Assembly: GCA_951406725.2 (NCBI GenBank)
Contig: OX597833.1
Span: 54,126,001 to 54,190,000 of the forward strand
Direction: 5' to 3'
Length of the DNA stretch: 64,000 bases
Origin: Octopus vulgaris
Lineage: Eukaryota
Shown here: positions 13,645 through 25,537 of the stretch, one piece after another
How positions within the stretch are numbered: position 1 is the first letter of the stretch
Layout: every line of letters starts with the position of its first letter
Made by a program: the position numbers and the translations under genes
Notes under the pieces: generated by a model
Told to the model about the DNA's origin: nothing
The model's database searches: none
Seen by the model: only the letters and a program-made list of their open reading frames with translations

Positions 13645-13858
13645 AGATGTACTTGCATAGCAAGTAATTTGATCTGAGATCGTGTGCTGAAACGAAAACA
13701 ATTGCAGCGTGGAAGGTGTTTATAAGCCATTTAAGAAACACACAAAAGCTGTTCGATTCACTTCAACATTTAAGTTTAATTTGTCAAAATATTTTCGTCG
13801 CTAAAATCCGCGACCTGTTCACTGACAAAAATCCGTGCTGCATCCGTGCTGCATCTGT
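13642..13858 (-). mobile_element. Penelope-like terminal fragment flanked by (TA)n on both sides
   Basis: Inverted copy at 9340-9578; related to 16385-16640 through shared GATNTGANATCGTGTGNTGAAAC; contains a hammerhead motif. Confidence 0.6.
13780..13829 (-). ncRNA. Minimal type-I hammerhead ribozyme, G3-C8 core variant
   Basis: Minus strand TTTGTCA-GTGAACA-G-GTCGC-GGATTTTA-GCGAC-GAAA-ATATT-T-TGACAAA: perfect stems I and II, palindromic AATATT stem III. Confidence 0.7.
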
Positions 13859-13961
<103 letters not shown>

Positions 13962-14024
13962 GTAATAAGGAGTATTACTCCAAACTTACAGGGACAAATT
14001 TAATTTAGTATTAAATAAAATTTC

Positions 14025-14070
<46 letters not shown>

Positions 14071-14287
14071 TAAATAAGGGTATCTAAGAGATACTAGCAT
14101 GCTTGAAATAGCAGTCAAAACCTGACTCTAAAACCATATCAAGTATTCAATACAGCACAAGGTGAAAAGACAAAAGACAAATGAACTTGTAAAAACTGGA
14201 TAATTCCAGACACTGGGTCTGTGGCTATGTATAAAACCAAACTTTGCCTTTGTCAATGAAGTATACCATTAATTGTACATATATACA

Positions 14288-14685
14288 GGCGTGGAGGCGC
14301 AATGGCCCAGTGGTTAGGGCAGCGGACTCGCGGTCATAGGATCGCGGTTTCGATTCCCAGACCAGGCGTTGTGAGTGTTTATTGAGCGAAAACACCTAAA
14401 AGTTCCACGAGGCTCCGGCAGGGGATGGTGGTGATCCCTGCTGTACTCTTTCACCACAACTTTCTCTCACTCTTACTTCCTGTTTCTGTTGTACCTGTAT
14501 TTCAAGGGGCCGGCCTTGTCACTCTCTGTGTCACGCTGAATATCCCCGAGAACTACGTTAAGGGTACACGTGTCTGTGGAGTGCTCAGCCACTTACACGT
14601 TAATTTCATGAGCAAGCTGTTCCGTTGATCGGATCAACCAGAACCCTCATCGTTGTAACCGACGGAGTGCTTCCATTCCATATTC
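14288..14685 (+). mobile_element. tRNA-headed SINE family B, full length
   Basis: A box TGGCCCAGTGG, B box GGTTTCGATTCCC, (TTCCA)n tail; near-identical inverted copy at 62846-63230. Confidence 0.9.
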
Positions 14686-14755
14686 CATATATATCATCAT
14701 CATCATCGTTTAACGTCCGTTTTCCATGCTAGCATGGGTTGGACGGAAAATTAAT

Positions 14756-14821
14756 GGACTCGTCTGGGATTCGAACCCGGGACCTCTCGCAATCTAAGCG
14801 AAAATCATACCCCTAGACCAA
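14756..14821 (-). pseudogene. 5'-truncated tRNA-Pro(AGG)-derived pseudogene
   Basis: Minus strand TTGGTCTAGGGGTATGATTTTCGCTTAGATTGCGAGAGGTCCCGGGTTCGAATCCCAGACGAGTCC matches the eukaryotic tRNA-Pro consensus; first 6 nt (GGCTCG) replaced by (TA)n; anticodon loop TTAGATT. Confidence 0.85.
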
Positions 14822-14905
14822 ATATATATATATATATATATACGCATAAACATATGAATACTCACATATACGGACATGTATATACACATATGTGCCCGTA
14901 TATAC

Positions 14906-15117
14906 AGGTGGTGAGCTCGCAGGAACGTTAGCGTGCCGGGCAAAATGCTTCAAATTCTGAGTTCAAATTCTGCTGAGGTCGACTTTGCATTTCATCCTTT
15001 AGGGTCAATAAATTAACCAGTTATGCACCGGGGTCGATGTAATTGACTTAACCCCTTTGTCTGTCTTTGTTTGTCCCCTCTATGCTTAGCCCCGTGTGGG
15101 CAATAAAGAAATAAGAG
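14906..15117 (+). mobile_element. SINE family C (tRNA-like head plus conserved GCCTTTCATCCTTTCGGGGTCGATAAA central domain)
   Basis: GAGTTCAAATTC B box and central domain resembling Nin/Deu-type SINE domains; many copies in the window. Confidence 0.75.
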
Positions 15118-15353
15118 GACACTTGCCTGAGTTGTCGCACAACAGTACTGAACCTGAGACCTCATGGTTGCAAAGCGAGCTTCTTAACCACACAACAATA
15201 TCTGGACTAACATTCAACAATATATTTCTTCTTTAAAAATTATCCTTTCTTTTCTTCGTTGATTTCTTTTTAAAAATAAAGCAAGCGATAAAATCTATAA
15301 AGAGAAAAGAGAAAAACCATTTCTGTAATGAACCAGAAGTAAAGGAAACTTAC

Positions 15354-15503
15354 TAAACTGCCCTTCATTAGGGCAGTAGAGATTCTCTCATGGAATCAAT
15401 ATCCGGTGACTCTTCAATAGCCTCAGATAGTTTAGCTCCAAGATCAAAAATATAGTTCAAAGATGAAAGGACTGTTGACACAAGATGTCTTTAGCACCAC
15501 AGG
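15354..15503 (-). other. Candidate spliced exon (unique sequence)
   Basis: Minus-strand acceptor TTATCTTTTGCAG and donor TTA|GTAAGT; stops in all three frames from this acceptor. Confidence 0.35.
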
Positions 15504-15677
15504 CTGCAAAAGATAATTGTCAATCAAGTTGTTATATATATATATATATATATATATACTAGTCTCAGTGTCTTTTGATTTCTTTTCCAATGCCAATGAA
15601 GTTGCAATGAGGCATCAATAACACTGGATCTGGCAAACCACAGTTTAGGAAAAAGAAAGAAATGTTATCTGTTATTT

Positions 15678-16362
15678 GAAAATGTTTGATGAAAATTTTT
15701 GACAAAAATGTCTAATGCAAATGTCTAATGTTTGATGAAAATATTTGATGAAAATGTTTGATGAAATTGTTTGAGGAAAATGTTTGATGAAATGGTCTGA
15801 TGAAAATATTTGATGAAAATGTTTGATGAAAATGTTTGACGAAAATGCTTGATGAAAATGTTTAATGAAAATGTTGGATGAAAATGTTTAATGTAAATGT
15901 TTGATGAAAATATTTGATGAAAATGTTTGATGAAATTGTTTGAGGAAAATGTTTGATGAAAATGTTTGACGAAAATGCTTGATGAAAATGTTTAATGAAG
16001 ATTTCAGATGAAAACGTCTAATGTAAATGTTTGATGAAAATATTTGATGAAACTGAGGAAAATGCTTGATGAAAATGTTTAATGAAAATGTCTAATGTAA
16101 ATGTTTGATGAAAATATTTGATGAAAATGTTTAATGAAAATGTCTAATGTAAATGTTTGATGAAAATGTTTGATGAAATTGTTTGAGGAAAATGTTTGAT
16201 GAAATTGTTTGAGGAAAATGTTTGATGAAATGGTCTGATGAAAATATTTGATGAAAATGTTTGATGAAAATGTTTTGATTAAAATGTTAGATGAGAATGA
16301 TTCATGAAAATGTTTGATGAAAATATCTGATGAATATGTTTGATGAAAATGTTTAATGAAAA
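15678..16362. repeat. 13-bp minisatellite (GAAAATGTTTGAT)n, about 50 units
   Basis: Direct inspection; recurring variant units (TGTCTAATGTAAA, GAAATTGTTTGAG, GAAATGGTCTGAT) show higher-order duplication. Confidence 0.95.
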
Positions 16363-16544
16363 TTACATTTATATATTTGTTTTGCAAGATTTTTGATGTG
16401 AAATCGTGTGTTGAAACAGATATTGTTGTATTTAGGAATGGTCATTTTTGCCGGTTTAGCCAATAAAAACATACGCACTATATATTTGGTGTTACTTTGC
16501 TCCAGCGTTATTCATTTTTTACATTAATCTTAATCTTATTTCGG

Positions 16545-16584
16545 CCAGAGTTCTTTCGTCACACTCCTGTGACCTCATCAGTGG
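16545..16584 (-). ncRNA. Minimal type-I hammerhead ribozyme with canonical core, in a PLE-like fragment (about 16385-16640)
   Basis: Minus strand CCA-CTGATGA-G-GTCAC-AGGAGT-GTGAC-GAAA-GAAC-TC-TGG: stems I and II, CUC cleavage triplet. Confidence 0.75.
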
Positions 16585-16742
16585 TTCTTTGCTTTCTTCT
16601 TTCTTATTTGTGTGTCTCTCCTTACTAACGGTTAGCCATTTTGTATTTTGTGTTTCTATTGTATGTGTCTTCATTTGCGCATGCGTATACCTCTATGGAA
16701 GTAAATAACTATATAATTTTTTTTAATTATCATTATACATAC

Positions 16743-16779
<37 letters not shown>

Positions 16780-16909
16780 GTAGGTGTAAACACATGAACA
16801 AAATAAAAATAAACAAAAACAAAAACAAATTACACGAACATATATAAACAGGAGATACAAATATTACAGGCACTTCTCCCCCCCACTAAATAAACATAGA
16901 CACACATAG

Positions 16910-17438
16910 ATGTAGTGGTGGTGGTGGTGGTGGTGGTAGTGGTAGTGGTGGTAGTAATGATCGTGAGAAGTAGTGATGGTAGTTGTAGTAGTAGTAGCAG
17001 CAGCAGCAGCAATGATGTTGGCAATGGTAGTGGTGGTGATGATGGTGGTGGTGGGTAGTAGTAGTAAGTAGTAGTAGTAGTAGTAGTAGTAGTGTAGCAG
17101 TGATTGTAGTGGCGGTGGTTGCAGCAGTAGTGGTGATAGTAGTGATGATAATGATGATGATGCTGGTGGTGTTGGTGGTGGTGGTGGTGGGGGTGGGGGT
17201 CATCGCCCACGGTTTGAAGCAATAGTAAGAAAACAAAAAAAAAAACAATAAGAAATACAGAAGAAAGAAAAAAAGCAAATTACAGAATGGAAGCAAAATA
17301 ACCAACCGACCGACCAACAACAGTAACAACTACAACAACAAAATCACCACCACCACCACCAACAACAACAACACCACCACCACCAACAACAACAACAACA
17401 ACAACGACAACACTACAACCAACAACAACACCACCACC

Positions 17439-17470
<32 letters not shown>

Positions 17471-17483
17471 AATCACCACCGCC

Positions 17484-17514
<31 letters not shown>

Positions 17515-17679
17515 CCACCAACAACAACAACACCATCAACACCCCCCACCAACAACAACAACAACAACACCACCAACAACAACAAAATCACCACCACCAC
17601 CACCACCAACAACAACAACAATAAAATCACCACCAACAACAACAACAACAACACCACCACCAACAACAAAATCACCACC

Positions 17680-17710
<31 letters not shown>

Positions 17711-17721
17711 CCACCACCACC

Positions 17722-17753
<32 letters not shown>

Positions 17754-17763
17754 AAACACCACC

Positions 17764-17829
<66 letters not shown>

Positions 17830-17959
17830 CAACAACAGCAGCAACACCACCACCACCACCACCACTACCAACAACAACAACAACTACAACAAAATCACCA
17901 CCACCACCAACAACAACAACAACACCACCGCCACCACCACCACCACCAACAACAACAAC

Positions 17960-18010
<51 letters not shown>

Positions 18011-18035
18011 ATCAACAAAATCAACAACAACAAAA
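16910..18035. repeat. (GTA)n/(GTG)n tract followed by a (CAA)n/(CAC)n array
   Basis: Direct inspection. Confidence 0.95.
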
Positions 18036-18597
18036 GAAGCAAGCAAACGATAATAATTTGGTTGTTGTACCGAATAAAGAACCGAAAATATATATGTGAG
18101 TAAATAATTAGCGTAGAGGAACTGGCTTAAGATTTCCAGTTGGAATATTGGCAGTAAAATACCATGCTGACTATTAAAAGACTGACAACATCATAATTGT
18201 GGCTGTTGGCTATCAGGTTCTTGAAGATCTTTATTCTTTTAATCAAGCATGATAACAGGAACGAGAGACTCTGACTGGTGTTGCGAAATATTAGAAGTAT
18301 TACTACCCGGGTGTAAATGTACCCCTTGTTGCTGCTGGATGACGGAAGAGTATAAACTATCATTAAATATGTGTTTTTTTTTTGTATTTTTTTATATGTT
18401 TATGTTATCATTGTTATCATCATCGTCATCGTCATTGCTATAATGCCCACTTTTCCATGCTTGCATGTGTGTGCTATTTATGTATATGCATGTATCTGTG
18501 TGTGTATGTACGTGTGTATAAACACACATACATACATCTGTATGTGTGTGTGTATATGTATATATATATATATGTGTGTGTGTATATATATATATAC

Positions 18598-18668
<71 letters not shown>

Positions 18669-18686
18669 TATATACATATACATATA

Positions 18687-18819
<133 letters not shown>

Positions 18820-18998
18820 GCATTTTTCTCTCCTTGTTTTTCTCCTTGTTTTTTTTCTGTGTATCTTTCTGTCAAAGAGCGTAGGCTCAAAACGTAAAAG
18901 ACTTGTTCTATTTCTATTCCTGAGTACCATACTAATACATTTGTTTGTTTGTACTCCACCTGCCTTCGTCTTTTGTTTATTTTCATAAACCTTCCCGT

Positions 18999-18999
<1 letters not shown>
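18820..18999 (+). mobile_element. (TA)n-embedded PLE-like fragment with a decayed hammerhead (18864-18901); same family as 45360-45565
   Basis: High similarity to 45380-45565; core mutated to CTGTCAA...AAAA. Confidence 0.6.
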
Positions 19000-19029
<30 letters not shown>

Positions 19030-19547
19030 GTATATATATACATACATATATACATCTATATATATATATATATAGGGTTATGCTATGCTGCATTTATTTC
19101 TAAATGCTGTATTTGTTTTTCCGTGAGAGTTTGGCGCGCTGTTGGTTGGGGCATTTGAATTATAACGTCCGATGTAATCAATTGAACCGCACGCGTAATT
19201 ATCGTTATGGTAAAATCTGGCGTGTGATTGAGTGGATTTCATCAAGATAGCCTTGGCTGAAGAGCTACAAATGGATTACTGTAAGTAATATTACATTTAA
19301 TTCATTAATAGCGAAACAATTGTCCCAAGATAATCTGTATGCCCTGTTTTGTTATTTTTTATTTGCCCTGTCCGTGTGAACTAACAGTCGTACCGGCTTT
19401 CATGGGAAACATGTATTTTTCGTGGTTGTAACCTCTTGGATTAACTAGTGCTAGAGTGATCAATATAGTGAACACTCTCTTATATTTATTTTGTGAAAAT
19501 ATTATAATATGTTATAAAATATTATATCTTATTTTCAGATCATTAAA

Positions 19548-19920
19548 ATGGAATGTCAAGTTAAGAAAAATGAGCATTTCCAACACCTCATTCTTTTTGC
19601 TTTTAATCAAGTTTCTACGGCCTCAAAAGCTGCTCGTGACATTTGTGCTGTGTATGGAGAGGGTGCCATAGCTGAAAGAACTGCTCGTGATTGGTATGCC
19701 AAGTTCAAAAATGGAAATTTTGACCTCAAAGATGCACCTTGTTCTGGCCGTCCAGTTGAGTTTGATAAAGAGCAATTAAACCAAATTTGCACAAAAATTC
19801 TTACCAAACGACAATGGAACTGGCAGAGAAAATGGAATGTTCCCACACTGCTATAGAGAAGCATCTTCACACAATGGGAAAGGTTCAGAAGTATGGAGCA
19901 TGGGTTCCACAAGCTCCATA
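19548..19920 (+). mobile_element. Mariner transposase N-terminal (HTH) relic
   Basis: MECQVKKNEHFQHLILFAF...AARDICAVYGEGAIAERTARDWYAKFKNGNFDLKDAPCSGRP; after a frameshift ...EKHLHTMGKVQKYGAWVPQA (WVPHEL motif); truncated. Confidence 0.9.
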
Positions 19921-20104
19921 CTTCTGAACCCCTCTCTCTCTCTTTGTATATATAAATGTATATGCATATACATTTAAGTATATTAAATGATGATGATGCT
20001 GATATTGATGATGATGATGATGATGATGATGTGTGTGTGTGTAGGCATGTAGATAGATAGATAGATATGCAAATATGTAGAGAGTTACAAAGGTACACAC
20101 ACAT

Positions 20105-20341
20105 ACCTATTTCTTTATTACCCACAAGGGGCTAAACATAGAAGGGACAAACAAAGACAGACATAGGTATTAAGTCGATTACATCGACCCCAGTGCGTAA
20201 CTGGTACTTAATTTATCGACCCCGAAAGGATGAAAGGCAAAGTCAACCTCGGCGGAATTTGAACTCACAACGTAACGGCAGACGAAATACGGCTCCGCAT
20301 ATCGCTCGGGGCACTAACGTTTCTGCCAGTACCTTCACCTT
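20105..20341 (-). mobile_element. SINE family C
   Basis: Reverse complement of the 57260-type unit. Confidence 0.85.
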
Positions 20342-21308
20342 ACACACATACACACACCCACGTGCACACATACTCACACACGCATCTACACACTCACATA
20401 CGCACACATGTACACTTATATATCTGTGTTTGTAGAGGTATGTGTGTTTTTCTTTCTATTTCACTCTTCCTGTAAAACCCCACTAAGTTACAGAGACACA
20501 CAGTGGTTGCCTGTCTGCCTGCCTGCCTGTCTGCCTGCCTGTCTGTCTGCCCGACTGCCTGCCTGTCTGCCTGCATATTTTTATTTTTTTGGCATTTCCT
20601 ATAACAATGATGTTAATTGTGATAATGGTTGATATCACAGATATATTTATTTATGGATTAACTTTACAGAGACACGAAATGAAATTAAACGAAAACTAAT
20701 AATTATTTATCTATTTTAAACTACACTTTCTTATAACAGACCTTGTTGCTCTCCTCCTCTTCTTCTTCTTCTTCTTCTTCTCCTTCTCCTCGTCCACCAC
20801 AGACAGATAATTTATCTATTTTTAAACTAGTCTCTTTCCTCTTTCTAACTAACAAACTTACTCACTCTCTTTCTCTCTCTCTCTTTCTCTCTCTCTTTCG
20901 GATTCTTTGTTTAGCAAACATGACTGCTCAGAAGAAGGGCACTGCTCTCCACCTCTAACTTGACAAGAGTGACCAACTGTCATTATTTCAATTATTCCAA
21001 TTCCTGGCCCCCACCCCTATCTCAATATCTACGACCACTCATCATTACTCCATCTCTCTTCATCTCTCTTACTCGTCTTCACAAAAGTATGACTACCAGC
21101 TTCTGCTCCACCTACCCTGGATCCTGCATCGGAAGGCGTGAACTCTGCTGCAAGCAAGCAGCGTAGGCAGCCTATTATGGAGACTAAGAACTCTGAATAA
21201 ATTGAATATGGAGAAGACATGGAGTTCACTATCCGTAGTGAAGGTAATTTGCTTAGGAGAGTTGTTACTTTGTATAAAATCTGACACAGCATTGTATAAA
21301 AGATAGTT

Positions 21309-21530
21309 GAGGGTTTTTCACACATAGCCAGATGTTTTCACCCCACCACACTGTTACAATGTGGAACACCAACACAGAAAGCTTGTATGTAATCAGGGTT
21401 TTACATTGAATTTGTGACTGAGGGTTTTTCACACATAGCCAGATGTTTCCACCCCACCACACTGTTACAATGTGCAACACCAACACAGAAAGCTTATATG
21501 TAATCAGGGTTTTACATTGAATTTGTGACT
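21309..21530. repeat. Tandem duplication, 111-bp unit
   Basis: GAGGGTTTTTCACACATAGCC...GAATTTGTGACT at 21309-21419 and 21420-21530 with few mismatches. Confidence 0.95.
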
Positions 21531-22798
21531 GTCCTGATTTTGACATGGTTTGGCTGGTTAGATGTCCTTCCTATTACTAACCACATTACATCAGGAACCG
21601 GGTGCATGCTATCATGCCACAAGTGCTGAAGAGGTTGTTTATTAGAATTTGAGTCCTTCCTCAGAGAATAATGCACCACTCAACATAGTTAGGTGATTAA
21701 TGACTTCAGAGTAAGAGATAGATGTGGAGGTGCATGGCTTAATGGTTAAGGTGTTGGACTCATGATCGTAAGATTGTGGTTCTGATTCCTGGACTGGTGG
21801 TGTGTTGTAGGGTAACCTTTACCTTTACCTTAAGAGCTAGATGGATTGAGGGACACAACAAAATCTGCGGAAGGCGAATATGGAAGTTGAAATATCTCTC
21901 TGCTAGATACTGATTCAGAAAAGTTCTAGATGATGTTGTATATTGGGAAGGGTGAGATAGTGACCAATGGCATAAAAGACAAGCGAGGATTTCTACAAGA
22001 CAACTTGCTGTGTGTCACAGCCCAGATCTAAGAATGGATCCAGGTTCCAGTCATATGAGAAATTGATTCGTTGTCAGAATAGTACAATAAATATAGACTT
22101 AAAAACTAAGAGACAACTATGAGAAAAATGGAAGATATTCTGATGAACGGAGCATCGTGCAGTGTTGTTTCATAATATGGTTCATAAAGTGATAAAGTAA
22201 ATAGGTTCATTGATGCTTCTAGACCTTCGTGGTCTCATCTTCTGGATGAAGTGGTTATTGGAGGAGGTTTTTAATTTTTTTTTTTTTTACTGTGGGTAAG
22301 AATGATGGGAAAGTTGTTGTGTTAAAAGCTATGTCACCATGGTTAAGTCAAATATGTTGACAGTTAAACCTAAGTTTGTATTTTATTAGTAAAATACAAT
22401 ATGCATGCTCTAAATTCTGGTTTGTATCTTATCACTGATATACCTTCCAGAGTTAATCTTGTTTGGTATCTTTTTTATGGATTTTTATATGATATGGTTG
22501 TGTTGGTTCCAAACAAAATATAAAGGATTAATTTTTAAATTTTTTTATAAAACGTAAAGGTAAGATAAAGCTTAAGTATAAGTATATCATGTGCGTGTAT
22601 TGTCATTGTTATTGTCATCATCACCATCACAATCATCATAAATATCATCATCATCATTATCAACATCACCATAATCATCATCATAATCACCACCACCACC
22701 ACCACCACCACCACCACCACCACCACCATACCCACCACCACCACCACCACGGCCATCATGACGACGACGATGACAATCACCACCACCATCATCATTAT

Positions 22799-22871
22799 CT
22801 TCTACTACAGCCTCGGGCCGACCAAAGCCTTGTGAGTGGAATTGGTAGACGGAAACTGAAAGAAGCCTATC

Positions 22872-22943
<72 letters not shown>

Positions 22944-22950
22944 AAATGTG

Positions 22951-22987
<37 letters not shown>

Positions 22988-22988
22988 A

Positions 22989-23035
<47 letters not shown>

Positions 23036-23485
23036 ATATATGTATGTATGTATATATATATATGTGTGTGTGTATGTCTTTGTGTCCCATGTTTATCCTC
23101 TCACCATCACTTGACAACTGATGTTGATGTGTTCATGTCTCCATACCTTTGCAGTGTGACAAAAAGAGACCGATAGAATAAGTACTAGGCTTACAAAGAA
23201 TAAGTACTAGGCTTACAAAGAATAAGTTCTAGGGGTCAATTTCTACAATTATAACCCTTTAAGGCAGTGCTCCAGCATGGCTGCAGTCAAATAACTGAAA
23301 CAAGTAAAAGAATAAAAGAATAGGCACAGGAGTGGCTGTGTGGTAAGTACCTCGCTTACCAACCACATGGTTCCGAGTTCAGGCCCACTGCGTGGCACCT
23401 TGGGCAAGTGTCTTCTACTATAGCCTCGCTCCGACCAAAGCCTTGTGAGTGGATTTGATAGACAGAAACTGAAAGAAGCCCGTCG

Positions 23486-23516
<31 letters not shown>

Positions 23517-23752
23517 TTATGCGTGTGTGTGTTTGTGCGTCTGTGTTTGTCCCCCTAGCATTGCTTGACAACCGATGCTGGTGTCTTTATGTTCCCCCGT
23601 TACTTAGCGGTTCGGCAAAAGAGTCCGATAGAATAAGTACTTGGCTTACAAAAGAATAAGTCCCGGGGTCGAGTTACTCGATTAAAGGCGGTGCTCCAGC
23701 ATGGCCGCAGTCAAATGACTGAAACAAGTAAAAGAGTAAAGAGTAAAGAGTA
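22799..23752 (+). mobile_element. Two head-to-tail SINE-A copies (5'-truncated 22799-23321; full length 23322-23752)
   Basis: The second head AGGCACAGGAGTGGCTGTGTGG starts directly after the AAAAGAAT tail of the first. Confidence 0.85.
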
Positions 23753-24239
23753 ATAAAAGAGAGTGAATATGCTACTATCGTGTTCTTACGAATGAAATCA
23801 ACCTCTCTGTCTATATATCTACCTTCTTTATAATGTTGGCAAATGAAATAGGGATAAGAATGTGCTTTGTCCGATTGATTGGAAAATTCTAAACATACAC
23901 ATACACTTATGCATAAAGAGAATATAGTGATGTTGATATGATTGAAGCAAAATACTTTAAGAGATCCTTCGATATACTAAATTCAAAAACAGAATGGTCT
24001 CATGAATGCAACATAAACGAAAATTCTTAATCCACTGATACTATCCAAGAAATCAGTAGATAAAAACTTGCTCCAGGGAGGCTGAAAAACGTAATAAAAA
24101 CAAACAAGGAAGATAACTGCTTCAAGTTCAGTTGACTGAAATTGTTGGACAATACAGACAACATGGATTAAGGGTTATCTGATATTTTAAAGTCTGTTAG
24201 TGAAAGCAACAGAAATGTTTTAGTATTATAAATAATGTT

Positions 24240-25001
24240 GGTGCAGATGTGGCGGTATGGTTTAGAAGTTTGCTTTGTGACCACATTGTTCTGGGTTCAG
24301 TCCCACTGTGCAGTACCTTGGGCATGTGTCTTCTTCTATAACCTTGGGCTGACCAATGCCTTCTGAGCGAATTTGTTAGAGAAACTGTGAGTAAGCCTAT
24401 CATATATACATACATAAATACATACATATACACACACATAATATGTGTGTGTAAATATACATATATACACACATACATATAAATATGTATATATTCATGT
24501 ATATATGAGTGTGTTTATACACACACACACACACACACACACATACACACACACATACATTTCATTTCACGTTGCTCCAGTCCACTCACCTGGCAAAAAT
24601 GAGTAACACTGCAATGGATTGGCGTCCCGTCCAGCTGGGGAACACATCTACCATAGAAACTGGGAAACTGGGCCCATGAGCCTGGCTAGGCTTTAAAAGG
24701 GCACGTTTATTATTTTTATGTATGTATGTATGTATCTATGTGTGTCTTTGGGTCTGTGTTTGTTCCTTCACCATTGCATGACAACCAACGTTAGTGTGTT
24801 TACATCCATGTAACTTAGCAGTTTGGCAAAAGAGACTAATAGAATAAGTACTAACTAGGTTTTCAAAGAATAAGTCCTGGGTGGGTAGGTGGGAGTCAAT
24901 TTCTTCAATTAAAAAAAAAAAATCCTTTCAAGGCAGAGTGCTCCAGCATGGCCACAGTCAAAATGACTGAAACAAGTAAAAGAGCAAAAGGATAAAAGAA
25001 T
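24240..25001 (+). mobile_element. Diverged SINE-A with another retroposon fragment (about 24560-24715) inside its microsatellite
   Basis: Head at 24240, 3' half resumes near 24740, tail AAAAGAAT at about 25000. Confidence 0.7.
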
Positions 25002-25506
25002 ACAAGAATCTAAACCAGTTGAGCGACCAACTGACAAACTATTTGAACTCTGTCAGACAATTGGCTAACGACCTACCCCACCCAGCCCCACCCGCAACCA
25101 GTCAACCAGCAAACCAGCAAACCAACAAACTGACCAGCCAGCCAGCCAGCCAGCCAGCTAGCTGTGAATGTCTAACCTAGAACAAATCATGTTATTTATG
25201 GTCAGTCTGAGATTGGTTAAATGGTCAGATAATAACATCTACTATCCTGAAATAGAATTTTTTAAAGGGTCAATCTGAGAAAGGCTTCTGAAAAAAAGAG
25301 AAAAAAAGCTATTGCAACGCTTCCACCAGACAATGAAGGTTTTTTTTTTTTTTTTGAAAAAAATGAAAGACAATTACATTTTATATAATTTCCTACATTT
25401 TTTTCCCCCCATTCATTCATTCATTCATACATACATACATACATGCATGAATCTCTTTTTCTCTCTGTCTGTGTGTGTATACATCTCTAGTTGTGTGTGT
25501 ATACAT

Positions 25507-25537
<31 letters not shown>

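Noticed and set aside
14756-14821. Functional tRNA-Ser(AGA) or tRNA-Pro
   Set aside because: The 5' strand of the acceptor stem is missing, there is a T-stem mismatch, and no long variable arm is present
15678-16362. CRISPR-like array
   Set aside because: Contiguous 13-bp units with no unique spacers, no cas genes and a eukaryotic context
19548-19856. SETMAR-like domesticated gene
   Set aside because: Frameshifted, truncated before the catalytic domain, and no SET exon is visible
23780-23895. Penelope GIY-YIG C-terminal remnant (STSLS..CWQMK..IDWKIL)
   Set aside because: The resemblance needs several frameshifts and stops, so it is too weak to call
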